Shown here one piece after another: positions 9,564-18,928 of a stretch of 33,158 nt of DNA (position 1 is its first letter; each line of letters begins with the position of its first letter). The notes under the pieces were generated by a model that ran no database searches, was not told the DNA's origin, and worked only from the letters and a program-made list of their open reading frames with translations. Origin of the DNA: Fidelibacterota bacterium. GTDB lineage: Bacteria > Fidelibacterota > Marinisomatia > Marinisomatales > JABMOV01. Made by a program: the position numbers and the translations under genes. The DNA lies in the NCBI GenBank assembly GCA_046861395.1, contig JBHHUC010000023.1, positions 1-33,158 of the forward strand. Reading direction: 5' to 3'.

Positions 9564-11655
9564 GCAGATAATCTAATGCAGTTTTCAAATTATTTGTAGG
9601 TTGCTGACAGATAAAATTATTGCAGATGTAGAATGTCGTTTTTTCATTGATCATTTTATAGGGTTCCAGCCAGGGAGCCAGCGCGATCAGATCCGTGGCA
9701 TTATCTGCTGTTTTTACGATAAGAACCGGGGCCGGTGTATAATCTTGATAGGCCTGAGCAATGAACCGGTCAACCTGGGCATTCCGCTTAGGGCTGACAA
9801 TAATGACTTCCTTTGATTGAAACAGGTTATCCATGTATCCTGTTATCATGGCCGTGTGTGCCGCCACAGATTCCTGAAGCTGATCGGAGAATGCCATCAG
9901 AATTTCATCGGCAATATTCGACCATTCCGATTTCCCGGTGATGTGAGCCAGACGGTAACTGTTCTCCACTGCCAGTGAATTCCCTGACGGTAAGGCGCCG
10001 TCATAACCGGTTTTGGGCCTTACGATCAAGGCTTCTCCCCGGGAGGAATTCAGGAAAAATCCTCCGCTGTTATCCATGAATTCGGATTTCAGAATTTCCG
10101 ATAAATCCAGGGCATGCTGTAAATAGGCCACATCCTGGAATGTTGTGTATAATTCCAGGTAGGCACTGATCATGAATACATAATCATCCAATTGTCCTGT
10201 CCCGTAGGCCTTTCCATTCCGGTAGGATTTGTGGAGGTGCCCATCGGGTGTACTCATCCTGGACCAGATAAAATCTCCTGCTTGCCGGGCGACCTGAAGA
10301 TAGGCGGGGTTGGAAAAGACAAATCCGGCCCGGGTCAATGCTTTGATCATCAAGCCGTTCCAGTCGGCCAGTATTTTATCATCCCGTCGGGGATGAATCC
10401 GCTGTGAGCGGTGCTCAAGCAGCTTGCGGCGGGCCGCTTCCATCATGCTGTCTGTGGGAAGGCGGGTAAGGTAGGGGATGTTTTTCCCGCTGAACGGCGC
10501 ATTGGGATGTTCGCGAAAATTGCCCTCTGGCCGGAGGGAATAGTAACGTTTCGCGAGCCGGGCTTCATCCTGATTCAGAATCTCTTCTACTTGTCGAACG
10601 GTCCAGACATAGTATTTCCCCTCCTCACCGTCACTGTCGGCATCTTCGGCCGAATAAAACCCTCCGTCCTGATCCCATAATTCCCGGCGTACATAAGTAA
10701 AAATCTCATCAACTACCTGTTGGTACAGCGGGTTGCGGGTCAATTCCCAGGCCTCTGTATAGGCCTGCAACAGAAGGGCCTGATCATAAAGCATTTTTTC
10801 AAAATGAGGAACCAGCCATTCCCGGTCGGTGGAATAGCGATGAAACCCATACCCGATCTGATCAAAGATTCCGCCCATTCGCATTTTTTGCAGCGTCGTT
10901 TCCACCATCTCCCGTGCCAGGGAATCATCATAATAATATGCGTAACGTGTCAGGTATACAAGATTGTAAGGTGAAGGGAATTTCGGGGCCGAACCAAAAC
11001 CGCCATGGGTTTTGTCAAATCTGTTTACAAGAATATTATAGGCCGTATGGATAAGATTGGTATCCGGCAGGGACGAACCGGAGGTCCGGGCATTGTCGGC
11101 TAGAAATTGCAGGACTTTGTCCACCGTGGCCTGGATTGAGGTCAGATCGGATTCCCAGGCAGATGCAATGGCCGGTAGAATTCGGAGTAATCCCGGTCGT
11201 TGACCACGGTCATGTTTCGGGAAATAGGTACCGGCGAAAAACGGCTCTTTATCCGGTGTCATGATGATAGTCAGCGGCCAGCCACCGGAACTGGTCATGG
11301 CCTGACAAACCGCCATGTAGATATGGTCGATATCGGGACGTTCTTCACGATCAACCTTGATACTGATGAAATGCTCATTCAGCAAGGCGGCTACTTCTTC
11401 ATCTTCGAATGATTCCTCTTCCATGACGTGACACCAGTGGCAGGTGGAATATCCGATGGAAAGGAAAATCGGTAAATTTTTCTCCCGGGCCATGGCGAAG
11501 GCTTCCTCACCCCAGGGATACCAGTGAACAGGGTTCCCGGCATGTTGTAAAAGATAGGGACTTTGTTCGTTTGCCAAGCGATTCAGGTGTTGTCCATTCC
11601 CCATTCCAATGACTCCAATATTCATTATGAAAAGAATTATGATTGATATTTTCAA
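9556..11655 (-). CDS. Thioredoxin-domain protein of the YyaL/SSP411 family
   Basis: [52 protein letters not shown] and [13 protein letters not shown]. The start codon is uncertain. Confidence 0.93.
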   Translation of the reverse strand: MKISIIILFIMNIGVIGMGNGQHLNRLANEQSPYLLQHAGNPVHWYPWGEEAFAMAREKNLPIFLSIGYSTCHWCHVMEEESFEDEEVAALLNEHFISIKVDREERPDIDHIYMAVCQAMTSSGGWPLTIIMTPDKEPFFAGTYFPKHDRGQRPGLLRILPAIASAWESDLTSIQATVDKVLQFLADNARTSGSSLPDTNLIHTAYNILVNRFDKTHGGFGSAPKFPSPYNLVYLTRYAYYYDDSLAREMVETTLQKMRMGGIFDQIGYGFHRYSTDREWLVPHFEKMLYDQALLLQAYTEAWELTRNPLYQQVVDEIFTYVRRELWDQDGGFYSAEDADSDGEEGKYYVWTVRQVEEILNQDEARLAKRYYSLRPEGNFREHPNAPFSGKNIPYLTRLPTDSMMEAARRKLLEHRSQRIHPRRDDKILADWNGLMIKALTRAGFVFSNPAYLQVARQAGDFIWSRMSTPDGHLHKSYRNGKAYGTGQLDDYVFMISAYLELYTTFQDVAYLQHALDLSEILKSEFMDNSGGFFLNSSRGEALIVRPKTGYDGALPSGNSLAVENSYRLAHITGKSEWSNIADEILMAFSDQLQESVAAHTAMITGYMDNLFQSKEVIIVSPKRNAQVDRFIAQAYQDYTPAPVLIVKTADNATDLIALAPWLEPYKMINEKTTFYICNNFICQQPTNNLKTALDYLHE

Positions 11656-11807
11656 CGTCCGTTCTCGTTTATTTGTAGTATAAACACAGTAAAAAATATA
11701 GTCGTGATCATTACCGTTATTGTCATGTTTCTACCAAAATGGCGTAATTCTCCCGGAAATTCATGTCCGATTTGTTTCCGATACAGCATTAACTTCATCA
11801 CTTGAAA

Positions 11808-13565
11808 ATGAAAAAAGTGACGTCAAAGTATTTTATCACCTTTGTGATGACAACCGGGATTTTGGTCTATCTGATGCTTATAAGTGCACCGAATCAGCGC
11901 TATGAAAATATAGAGAAAGATTTCCTTGATTATTATTTCAAGGCCAATCCGATCAACAGCACCTGGATAGGAATACATACCTATGACGGGTTATTGCCGG
12001 ATTACGATACCCATCAGATCAGTCACCGTATCCATGAATTGGAATCATTCAATCAACGGTGCCAAACCATTGATGAGGCCGCTCTGGATTCCCGTTTACG
12101 CATTGATTATGCCATCTTGTGCCGGGCAATCGACGAATTACTGTTCCAACTCGAGGAATTGAGGGAGTATTCCTGGAATCCATTGCAATATACCTATCTG
12201 CTGGGTTTTGCATACGAATCCTTAACGGCCTATGATTTTGCTCCGGCTGCTGTACGCCGCCGGAATCTGGAATCCCGACTCGCGGCAACGCCGGGTTTCC
12301 TTGCGCAAGCCATGACCCATCTCAAATCCATGCCCGAACCTCATGTGCAAACAGCCCGTCGGCAGGTGCAGGGACTCATTCATTCCCTGGAACGTGGTTT
12401 CCCAAACCTTTGCGCCCAGGCTGGCGAATTTGATGAGCAGGATTGGCAGGATAGTCTGGACCGGAGTGTAAATGCTCTGAATGACTTCCTTAAGTTTCTG
12501 GATGCCTATGCCCAAGAGGGACAATTCAAATCTTTCCGGTTAGGTCCGGAGCTTTATACTAAAAAATTACATTATACGATTAATGAAAATCTAAATAGCG
12601 ATGAGATATTGTCTCGGGCGGAGGCCGAATTGCGCCAGATTCAAGGTGATATGATTACGATTGCTGAACCGCTCTATCATGACTGGTTCGGTGAAAAGCC
12701 CGATATGTCCAGTCATCAGGCTCAATTGAATATGGTTCGCCGGGTTTTGGACCGAATTGCCCAAGATCATCCTGAGCCGGATGCTATTCTTCCGACGGTT
12801 CGTAGTACCATTGATGAGTTGACGGCATTTATTCAGGAAAAGGGTATTCTGACCCTGGACGCCTCCAAGCCCCTGGAAATTCGCAAAACACCTGAGTATC
12901 AGCGCGGAATCTCTATTGCATCACTTCAAACACCGGGCCCGCTGGAGAAAAATTTGAATACTTACTACAATGTTTCTCCTCTACCGGAAGATTGGGATGA
13001 AACTCAGATCCAGTCATTTTTACGGGAATATAATACGATTGCGCTAAAGATATTATCCATTCATGAAGCGCTGCCGGGACATTATGTGCAGTTGTACTAC
13101 GCCGGTCGCCATCCCTCTCTGGTGCGTTCCATATTTTCTAGTGGCGTAATGATTGAAGGATGGGCTCACTATGCCGAAGGGATGATGATAGAGGCCGGCT
13201 TCGGGGAGGGAGACCCCCGGTATGCTCTGATTGAGAAAAAATGGAAGTTGCGCGGGATTGCCAATGCCATCATTGATCAAAAAACACATGCCGGCACATT
13301 AACCGAAGAGGAAGCACTCGATCTGATGATACAGGAAACATTTCAGGAGGAAGCGGAAGCAAAAGGCAAATGGCGACGGGCTCAATTAACTGCCACCCAG
13401 CTTTCCACATATTTTGCCGGCAATATGCTGATGTGGGATCTCCGTCGGGATTATGAGGAAATAATGGGGCCGGAGTTTTCCCTGCGTGCTTTCCATGAGA
13501 ATTTACTGGCCCAGGGATCGCTTCCCGTTCGGTTTCTGAGACAAATCATGTTGGAGGAACAATGA
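11808..13565 (+). CDS. DUF885-family protein (probable exported zinc peptidase-like protein)
   Basis: HEALPGHYVQ and EGWAHYAE motifs, a C-terminal FSLRAFH..LL.QGSLP pattern and an N-terminal hydrophobic segment. ATG at 11808 preferred over TTG at 11802. Confidence 0.88.
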   Translation: MKKVTSKYFITFVMTTGILVYLMLISAPNQRYENIEKDFLDYYFKANPINSTWIGIHTYDGLLPDYDTHQISHRIHELESFNQRCQTIDEAALDSRLRIDYAILCRAIDELLFQLEELREYSWNPLQYTYLLGFAYESLTAYDFAPAAVRRRNLESRLAATPGFLAQAMTHLKSMPEPHVQTARRQVQGLIHSLERGFPNLCAQAGEFDEQDWQDSLDRSVNALNDFLKFLDAYAQEGQFKSFRLGPELYTKKLHYTINENLNSDEILSRAEAELRQIQGDMITIAEPLYHDWFGEKPDMSSHQAQLNMVRRVLDRIAQDHPEPDAILPTVRSTIDELTAFIQEKGILTLDASKPLEIRKTPEYQRGISIASLQTPGPLEKNLNTYYNVSPLPEDWDETQIQSFLREYNTIALKILSIHEALPGHYVQLYYAGRHPSLVRSIFSSGVMIEGWAHYAEGMMIEAGFGEGDPRYALIEKKWKLRGIANAIIDQKTHAGTLTEEEALDLMIQETFQEEAEAKGKWRRAQLTATQLSTYFAGNMLMWDLRRDYEEIMGPEFSLRAFHENLLAQGSLPVRFLRQIMLEEQ

Positions 13566-15004
13566 TATACGGTATTGTCCTGGCTGTGTATCTGCTAGCC
13601 CTGATCAGTCTGGGGGTATACAAATCAGGAAAAATAAAAACGCAATCGGATTTTTCCGTGGCAGGACGGTCACTGACCCCCTGGGTATTGGTCGGTACCA
13701 TGTTGGCCACCTGGATAGGTACAGGATCCGTACTGGGAAACGCAGGAAAAGCCTATGAAACAGGGATTGCCGGATTATTATTGCCTCTGGGGGGCGTTCT
13801 GGGCATTGCTATTCTCACCCAAATTGCAGGGAAAGTTCGGAATTTCGAAAAATTTACCGTTCCGGAAATCATCGGTGATCGATATGGGCAAACGGCACGC
13901 TCGCTGAGTGTAGTTGCTTTGGTACTGGCTTATCTGGTTATCGTCAGTTATCAATACAATGCCGGTGGTGCCATCATTCAGACCATCTTTGTGGATCATG
14001 CGGGACAACCGCTACTCAGTACCAATGAAGCAACGATTCTCGCGGCAGTGTTCATTATTGCTTACACCATGCTGGCCGGATTGGTTAGTGTGGCGTACAC
14101 GGATGTGGGAAACGGTATTATCATGACGATTACCCTGATTATTGCTTTTCCCATTCTATGGGTCAAAGCTGGAGGCTGGGAGGGGATGACACTGGCTTTC
14201 GATCAAATGGGTAAACCGGAACACATGCAATTCTGGGGTGTCTATTCCACCATGGATATTGTCAATTTTTGTCTACCCCCGTTTTTATTGGTGTTGGGTG
14301 ATGCCAATATGTACCAGCGGTTCTTTGCCAGCCGCGATGCCAAAGGAGCCAAACAAGCCACTACTGTATTGATTATCGCCGTGCTTCTGATCGAACTCCT
14401 GATTATCGCTTCGGCCTGGGTGAGTTCCAGCATGATTCCCGATGCAGCGAACGGCCGGCATGTACTCATTTATGCTGCCCATCGGATTTTACCCTCTTAT
14501 GTCGGCGCCATCATGATGACAACCATTGTGGGAATAATAATTTCCACCGCCGATTCCTATTTACTGGTGCCGGCCACAACGCTCATCCGGGATATTTATT
14601 CCCAATACATCAATAAGGAAGCCAACGAAAAACGCATCGTTCTGTTAAGCCGGTTAGTCGTATTGGGACTGGGATTGCTGGCTTACGCCATATCGCGAGG
14701 ATTTGCCGAAAGTGCCGGATTTTTCGAGCGCGCTTTGTACGCCTATACAATCTATGGTGCTGCCATTACACCATCATTGGTGGCAGCGCTGTTCTGGCGT
14801 GGTGCCAATGCTACTGGAGCAATTGCATCCATTATCGGTGGTACAGTGATGACACTACTCTGGAAAGAAGCACCGTTTATCAGGCGAATCTTTCCTGACA
14901 ATGTCTATACTGCCACCGATGAAGTTCTACCGGCTATCATTGTATCCATTGCTTTATTAATCGTTTTTAGCCTCATGTCTTCAAAATACAGAAAATCTCA
15001 ATAG
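13562..15004 (+). CDS. Sodium:solute symporter (SSS) family transporter
   Basis: DFSVAGRSL, FTVPEIIGDRYG, GLVSVAYTD, YQRFFA and ISTADS motifs; many TM helices; ATGA overlap with the DUF885 gene. Confidence 0.92.
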   Translation: MIYGIVLAVYLLALISLGVYKSGKIKTQSDFSVAGRSLTPWVLVGTMLATWIGTGSVLGNAGKAYETGIAGLLLPLGGVLGIAILTQIAGKVRNFEKFTVPEIIGDRYGQTARSLSVVALVLAYLVIVSYQYNAGGAIIQTIFVDHAGQPLLSTNEATILAAVFIIAYTMLAGLVSVAYTDVGNGIIMTITLIIAFPILWVKAGGWEGMTLAFDQMGKPEHMQFWGVYSTMDIVNFCLPPFLLVLGDANMYQRFFASRDAKGAKQATTVLIIAVLLIELLIIASAWVSSSMIPDAANGRHVLIYAAHRILPSYVGAIMMTTIVGIIISTADSYLLVPATTLIRDIYSQYINKEANEKRIVLLSRLVVLGLGLLAYAISRGFAESAGFFERALYAYTIYGAAITPSLVAALFWRGANATGAIASIIGGTVMTLLWKEAPFIRRIFPDNVYTATDEVLPAIIVSIALLIVFSLMSSKYRKSQ

Positions 15005-15010
15005 AAAAAT

Positions 15011-15024
15011 TTGATACAGATCAT
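15011..15024 (+). promoter_or_regulatory. FNR/Crp-family-like operator upstream of the cytochrome operon
   Basis: TTGAT-ACAG-ATCAT matches 9 of 10 positions of TTGAT-N4-ATCAA. It abuts TTGACG (15024-15029) and lies upstream of -10-like hexamers (TATAGT at 15044, TAAATT at 15049). Confidence 0.6.
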
Positions 15025-15112
15025 TGACGACGATTTGTAATTTTATAGTAAATTTAAGTTCAATAATTAGTACAAGGACTAATTTAAGTCAGAAAAGGTA
15101 GATGGGTGAATT

Positions 15113-15982
15113 TTGAAATACGTCCATAATATATTGTTACCACTTGCGGCACTGAGCCTTGTTGCCATAGTGTGGTGGATTTTGTTTGAAACGGGGAATT
15201 ATTATGAATTGCCCATTGGGGAAAGGCCCCATCACGCGGTGCATCGCGAATTTAGACCCGGGGGTGTGGTTGGCCATGGACTGGGCATCGCCGGTAGTAC
15301 CATGATTATTCTGTTGCTAGTCTATTCGGCCCGGAAACGAATCAAACGATTTCGTAAATGGGGAAAACTCTCAAACTGGTTGAACTACCATATTTTTCTC
15401 GGTATTGCCGGTCCCATTCTAGTTACCTTTCATACTTCATTCAAATTTAATGGAATTGTTTCCATCGCATACTGGTCCATGGTCGCAGTGGCTTTGAGTG
15501 GATTCATCGGGCGGTATATTTATGTGAAAATTCCACGACGGATCAGTGGTAATGAAATCACAGCCAGTGAGCTAAATCAGCAACAGGATGAACTAACCAA
15601 ACAACTGGTAGTCGAATATTCCCTTTCCGCTGAACAAATTGAAAAACTGGATTCCATTGCCCAAAGTGCTGAAATCAACCGCCGGGGACTGTTAGGTGTT
15701 TTTATTTATTTATACCTGGATACCATCGGACGGATTCCGTTACGGCAAAAAATGCATGGTTTGGCTAAGGAATTACACTTATCCCGAGGGCAGATTCATC
15801 ATTTTTACCAACTGTTACGAAAGAAAATCGCCTTATCGCGGCATATCGCTTTCTTAAGCAGTGCCCAGAAATTATTTCATTACTGGCATGTCATTCACCG
15901 GCCTTTTGCCTATACGATGATCGTTATCATGATTATTCACACTATTCTGGCCATTACGTTTGGCTATACCTGGATCTGGTAA
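15113..15982 (+). CDS. Inner-membrane protein, predicted di-heme cytochrome b (ferric-reductase-like His pattern)
   Basis: About five hydrophobic helices, with two intramembrane His pairs each 14 residues apart (H93/H107 and H262/H276). TTG start. Confidence 0.7.
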   Translation: MKYVHNILLPLAALSLVAIVWWILFETGNYYELPIGERPHHAVHREFRPGGVVGHGLGIAGSTMIILLLVYSARKRIKRFRKWGKLSNWLNYHIFLGIAGPILVTFHTSFKFNGIVSIAYWSMVAVALSGFIGRYIYVKIPRRISGNEITASELNQQQDELTKQLVVEYSLSAEQIEKLDSIAQSAEINRRGLLGVFIYLYLDTIGRIPLRQKMHGLAKELHLSRGQIHHFYQLLRKKIALSRHIAFLSSAQKLFHYWHVIHRPFAYTMIVIMIIHTILAITFGYTWIW

Positions 15983-15983
15983 T

Positions 15984-17297
15984 ATGAGTACTGAGTGGAT
16001 TTTTACCTGGATTCTGGGCGGAATCATTATCCTCTTTTTCCTGATTCCCTATATAACAAGGATGCGCAAGAGAGAAAAGCAGCATCGTTCCCGGTTGGCC
16101 GAAACACGGTCCAAGGGCCAGGACAAGGCATTGATGCAACACCCAATCATCAATCAATCCCTGTGTATCGGGTGTGGCATTTGCGTGGATTCCTGTCCCG
16201 AGGGCGACGTGCTGGGATTGATCAATGGAAAGGCGACTATTATTCATGGCAGCCACTGTATTGGACATGCCAAATGCGCCGAGGCTTGCCCTCTGGGTGC
16301 CATTGAAGTCGGTCTGGGAGATATCAGCCAGCGACAGGATATTCCGCGGCTGAATGAGTCCTATGAATCCAACATCCGAGGGTTGTACATCATTGGTGAA
16401 TTAAGTGGGATTGCTCTGATAAAGAATGCCATATCGCACGGTAGTATCGCCGTGGACGATATTGCCAAAAAGAAAACAGATCATTCATTTGACTATGACA
16501 TTGTCATTGTCGGTGCCGGGCCATCAGGATTGTCTGCCGGTTTACGAGCCAAAGAATTGGGATTGAAATTTGTTATTATTGATCAGGATGAACCCGGCGG
16601 GACGATCCTGCAGTACCCGCGGAAAAAACTGGTTCTGGTTCAGCCAGTGGCCCTGCCCTTGTATGGTACACTGAAAAAAATGGAATATTTCAAGGAAGAA
16701 CTCCTGGATATTTGGCTTGATGTGATTTCTCAGGAAAAATTACCACTGGAAACACACCAGAAATTGACAGGAGTACTTCCGGATGGCGAAGGGTTTATTG
16801 TCCAAACGAATAAATCAAGTTATAGAACGCAGTTTGTCATCCTGGCACTGGGTCGTCGCGGTACACCGCGAAAACTGGGTGTAAAGGGTGAAGAATTGAG
16901 CAAAGTAATGTATAAACTGCTGGATGCCGAAACCTATAAACATACCAAGGCCCTGATTGTCGGTGGGGGAGACAGTGCAATTGAGGCAGCCATGGGATTA
17001 TCCTATCAGGAAGGGAATGAAGTAACGATTTCATATCGTAAGGCAAACTTTTTCCGCTTAAAAGCCCGCAATGAAGAACGTCTGGGGAAAGCCATAGAAG
17101 AGGGACGACTCAATGTCCTGTTTGAAAGTAATGTGAAGGAGATCAAGGCAAAGGAAGTGCTGCTGGAAACAAAAGAAGGTTCCATAACACTCGCAAATGA
17201 TTATGTCTTCATTTTCGCCGGTGGTGAATTACCCTTCCCCTTACTGAATAGCATCGGAATCGATTATGGCCAGTCCATCCAACCGGGGGCAAAATGA
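15984..17297 (+). CDS. Membrane-anchored ferredoxin-domain FAD/NAD(P)H oxidoreductase (thioredoxin-reductase-like fold)
   Basis: N-terminal TM helix; Fe-S motifs CIGCGICVDSCP and CIGHAKCAEACP; FAD motif VGAGPSG; nucleotide motif VGGGDSA followed by SYRK. The ATG at 15984 lies 1 nt after the upstream stop. Confidence 0.88.
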   Translation: MSTEWIFTWILGGIIILFFLIPYITRMRKREKQHRSRLAETRSKGQDKALMQHPIINQSLCIGCGICVDSCPEGDVLGLINGKATIIHGSHCIGHAKCAEACPLGAIEVGLGDISQRQDIPRLNESYESNIRGLYIIGELSGIALIKNAISHGSIAVDDIAKKKTDHSFDYDIVIVGAGPSGLSAGLRAKELGLKFVIIDQDEPGGTILQYPRKKLVLVQPVALPLYGTLKKMEYFKEELLDIWLDVISQEKLPLETHQKLTGVLPDGEGFIVQTNKSSYRTQFVILALGRRGTPRKLGVKGEELSKVMYKLLDAETYKHTKALIVGGGDSAIEAAMGLSYQEGNEVTISYRKANFFRLKARNEERLGKAIEEGRLNVLFESNVKEIKAKEVLLETKEGSITLANDYVFIFAGGELPFPLLNSIGIDYGQSIQPGAK

Positions 17298-18922
17298 TTG
17301 TCCGTTATTTGTTTCTTCTGGTCATTCTCAGCCAGTTATTTGGACAATTCTCGCCAGGACCCTTATCAAAATATCATTCATTCCTGGAAGGGAATTCCAA
17401 TTGTACTCAATGTCATGAATTGCGACAAAAGAAATTGTCGTCAGGGTGCCAGGATTGTCATACGCCACTGAAGATCAAGCTGACGGAAAAAAAAGGGTAT
17501 CATGCTGACAAAAACAAGAATTGCGGCGAATGCCACTCCGATCATAATGGTAAGGATTTTGAGTTGGTATATTGGCCTAAGAATATTAAAAATTTTGATC
17601 ACAGTGAAACAGGGTATGACCTGACAGGAAAACATCGTGATTTGAAATGCAATAAGTGTCACAATGTGGACCTGATCAAAGGCCGGGACATCATCGATTG
17701 GGCTGCTAAATACTCCGACTATCCTATTCTGGACCGCACGTTCCTGGGGCTGGAAACGGCATGCGCTTCCTGCCACGTGGATGTACATCAAAAAGAAGTT
17801 TCCAATGATTGTGAATCCTGTCATACGACCGGTGACTGGAAACAGGTTGTCAAGGATTTTGATCATGAAAAAGCGAAATACAAGCTGACGGGAAAACATT
17901 TAACCACGGACTGCGTAAAATGCCACACAAAGCATGAAGACCGCGATCCTGCCGTGATGCAATTAACCGGCTTGCAATTTGAAAATTGTATTCCTTGTCA
18001 TGCTGATACCCATAAGGAAGAAGTTTCGGACAATTGTACAGCCTGTCATACGACCGAAGAATGGAAGGATGCCAGGAAATCATTTGATCACCAGAAAGCA
18101 AAGTTCAATCTGATCGGTGCCCACCTGACCGTTTCCTGCGAAAAATGTCACAAACCCCATACCGACTGGCCAAAACCGGTCATACAGCTTGCACCACTGA
18201 AATATGATCAGTGTACCGCCTGCCATGAAGACATTCACAAAGGGACGTTCGGAAATAGCTGTGAATCTTGTCACGAAATTCAAAAATGGAAAGAAAACTT
18301 AAAGCCCTTTGACCATGCCAAAACTAAGTATCCCCTGCTGGGAAAACATACCAGTGTAACGTGTAAACAGTGTCACGATGTTAAACTGGGTCAGCTTCCC
18401 AAGTATGATACCTGCATCCAATGTCATAAGGATGAGCATGACGGTCAGTTCACTCAGCGCAGCGATAAGGGTGATTGCGCCCGCTGTCATACAGTGAAGG
18501 GATTCAAACCTACCATTTTTTCGATCCAAAAACATCAATCGGCCCGGTTGGCCCTGGAAGGCACACACCTTGCGGTTCCCTGTATTCAATGCCATAAACC
18601 TTACCTGACTGCGACAGGAAAACAGACCGTGCAATTTACCTGGCCGGATCCCAAGTGTAATGTTTGCCATGATGATATCCATCGCAATCAATTCCGGGAG
18701 AATCATCAGAATGCTTGTGATACCTGTCATGGTTTCATTTCATTTACAGCTTTAGTCTTCGATCATCAAAATTCTGCTTTTCCGTTGGACGGAAAGCATA
18801 AAAAAGTAAAGTGTGGCAAATGCCACGAGAAGGAACTGGACGATGCAGGATCCTTTATACGGTATCGTCCACTGGCACATCGTTGTCAGGATTGTCACAC
18901 TTTCACCGGAGAAATTCGATAA
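17294..18922 (+). CDS. Secreted multiheme cytochrome c with 20 CxxCH motifs
   Basis: Signal peptide, then SPGPLS..H; 20 CxxCH motifs counted by hand; tri-heme repeats FDH..(T/A).(F/Y).L.G.H...CxxCH; Lys-rich. Confidence 0.95.
   Translation: MIVRYLFLLVILSQLFGQFSPGPLSKYHSFLEGNSNCTQCHELRQKKLSSGCQDCHTPLKIKLTEKKGYHADKNKNCGECHSDHNGKDFELVYWPKNIKNFDHSETGYDLTGKHRDLKCNKCHNVDLIKGRDIIDWAAKYSDYPILDRTFLGLETACASCHVDVHQKEVSNDCESCHTTGDWKQVVKDFDHEKAKYKLTGKHLTTDCVKCHTKHEDRDPAVMQLTGLQFENCIPCHADTHKEEVSDNCTACHTTEEWKDARKSFDHQKAKFNLIGAHLTVSCEKCHKPHTDWPKPVIQLAPLKYDQCTACHEDIHKGTFGNSCESCHEIQKWKENLKPFDHAKTKYPLLGKHTSVTCKQCHDVKLGQLPKYDTCIQCHKDEHDGQFTQRSDKGDCARCHTVKGFKPTIFSIQKHQSARLALEGTHLAVPCIQCHKPYLTATGKQTVQFTWPDPKCNVCHDDIHRNQFRENHQNACDTCHGFISFTALVFDHQNSAFPLDGKHKKVKCGKCHEKELDDAGSFIRYRPLAHRCQDCHTFTGEIR
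17762..18436 (+). repeat. Intragenic tri-heme tandem repeat with a 225-nt period
   Basis: Equivalent CxxCH motifs begin at 17762, 17987 and 18212. DNA similarity persists (GAAGTTTC...CCTGTCATACGACCG...TGGAA in the first two units). Confidence 0.8.
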
Positions 18923-18928
18923 AACATC

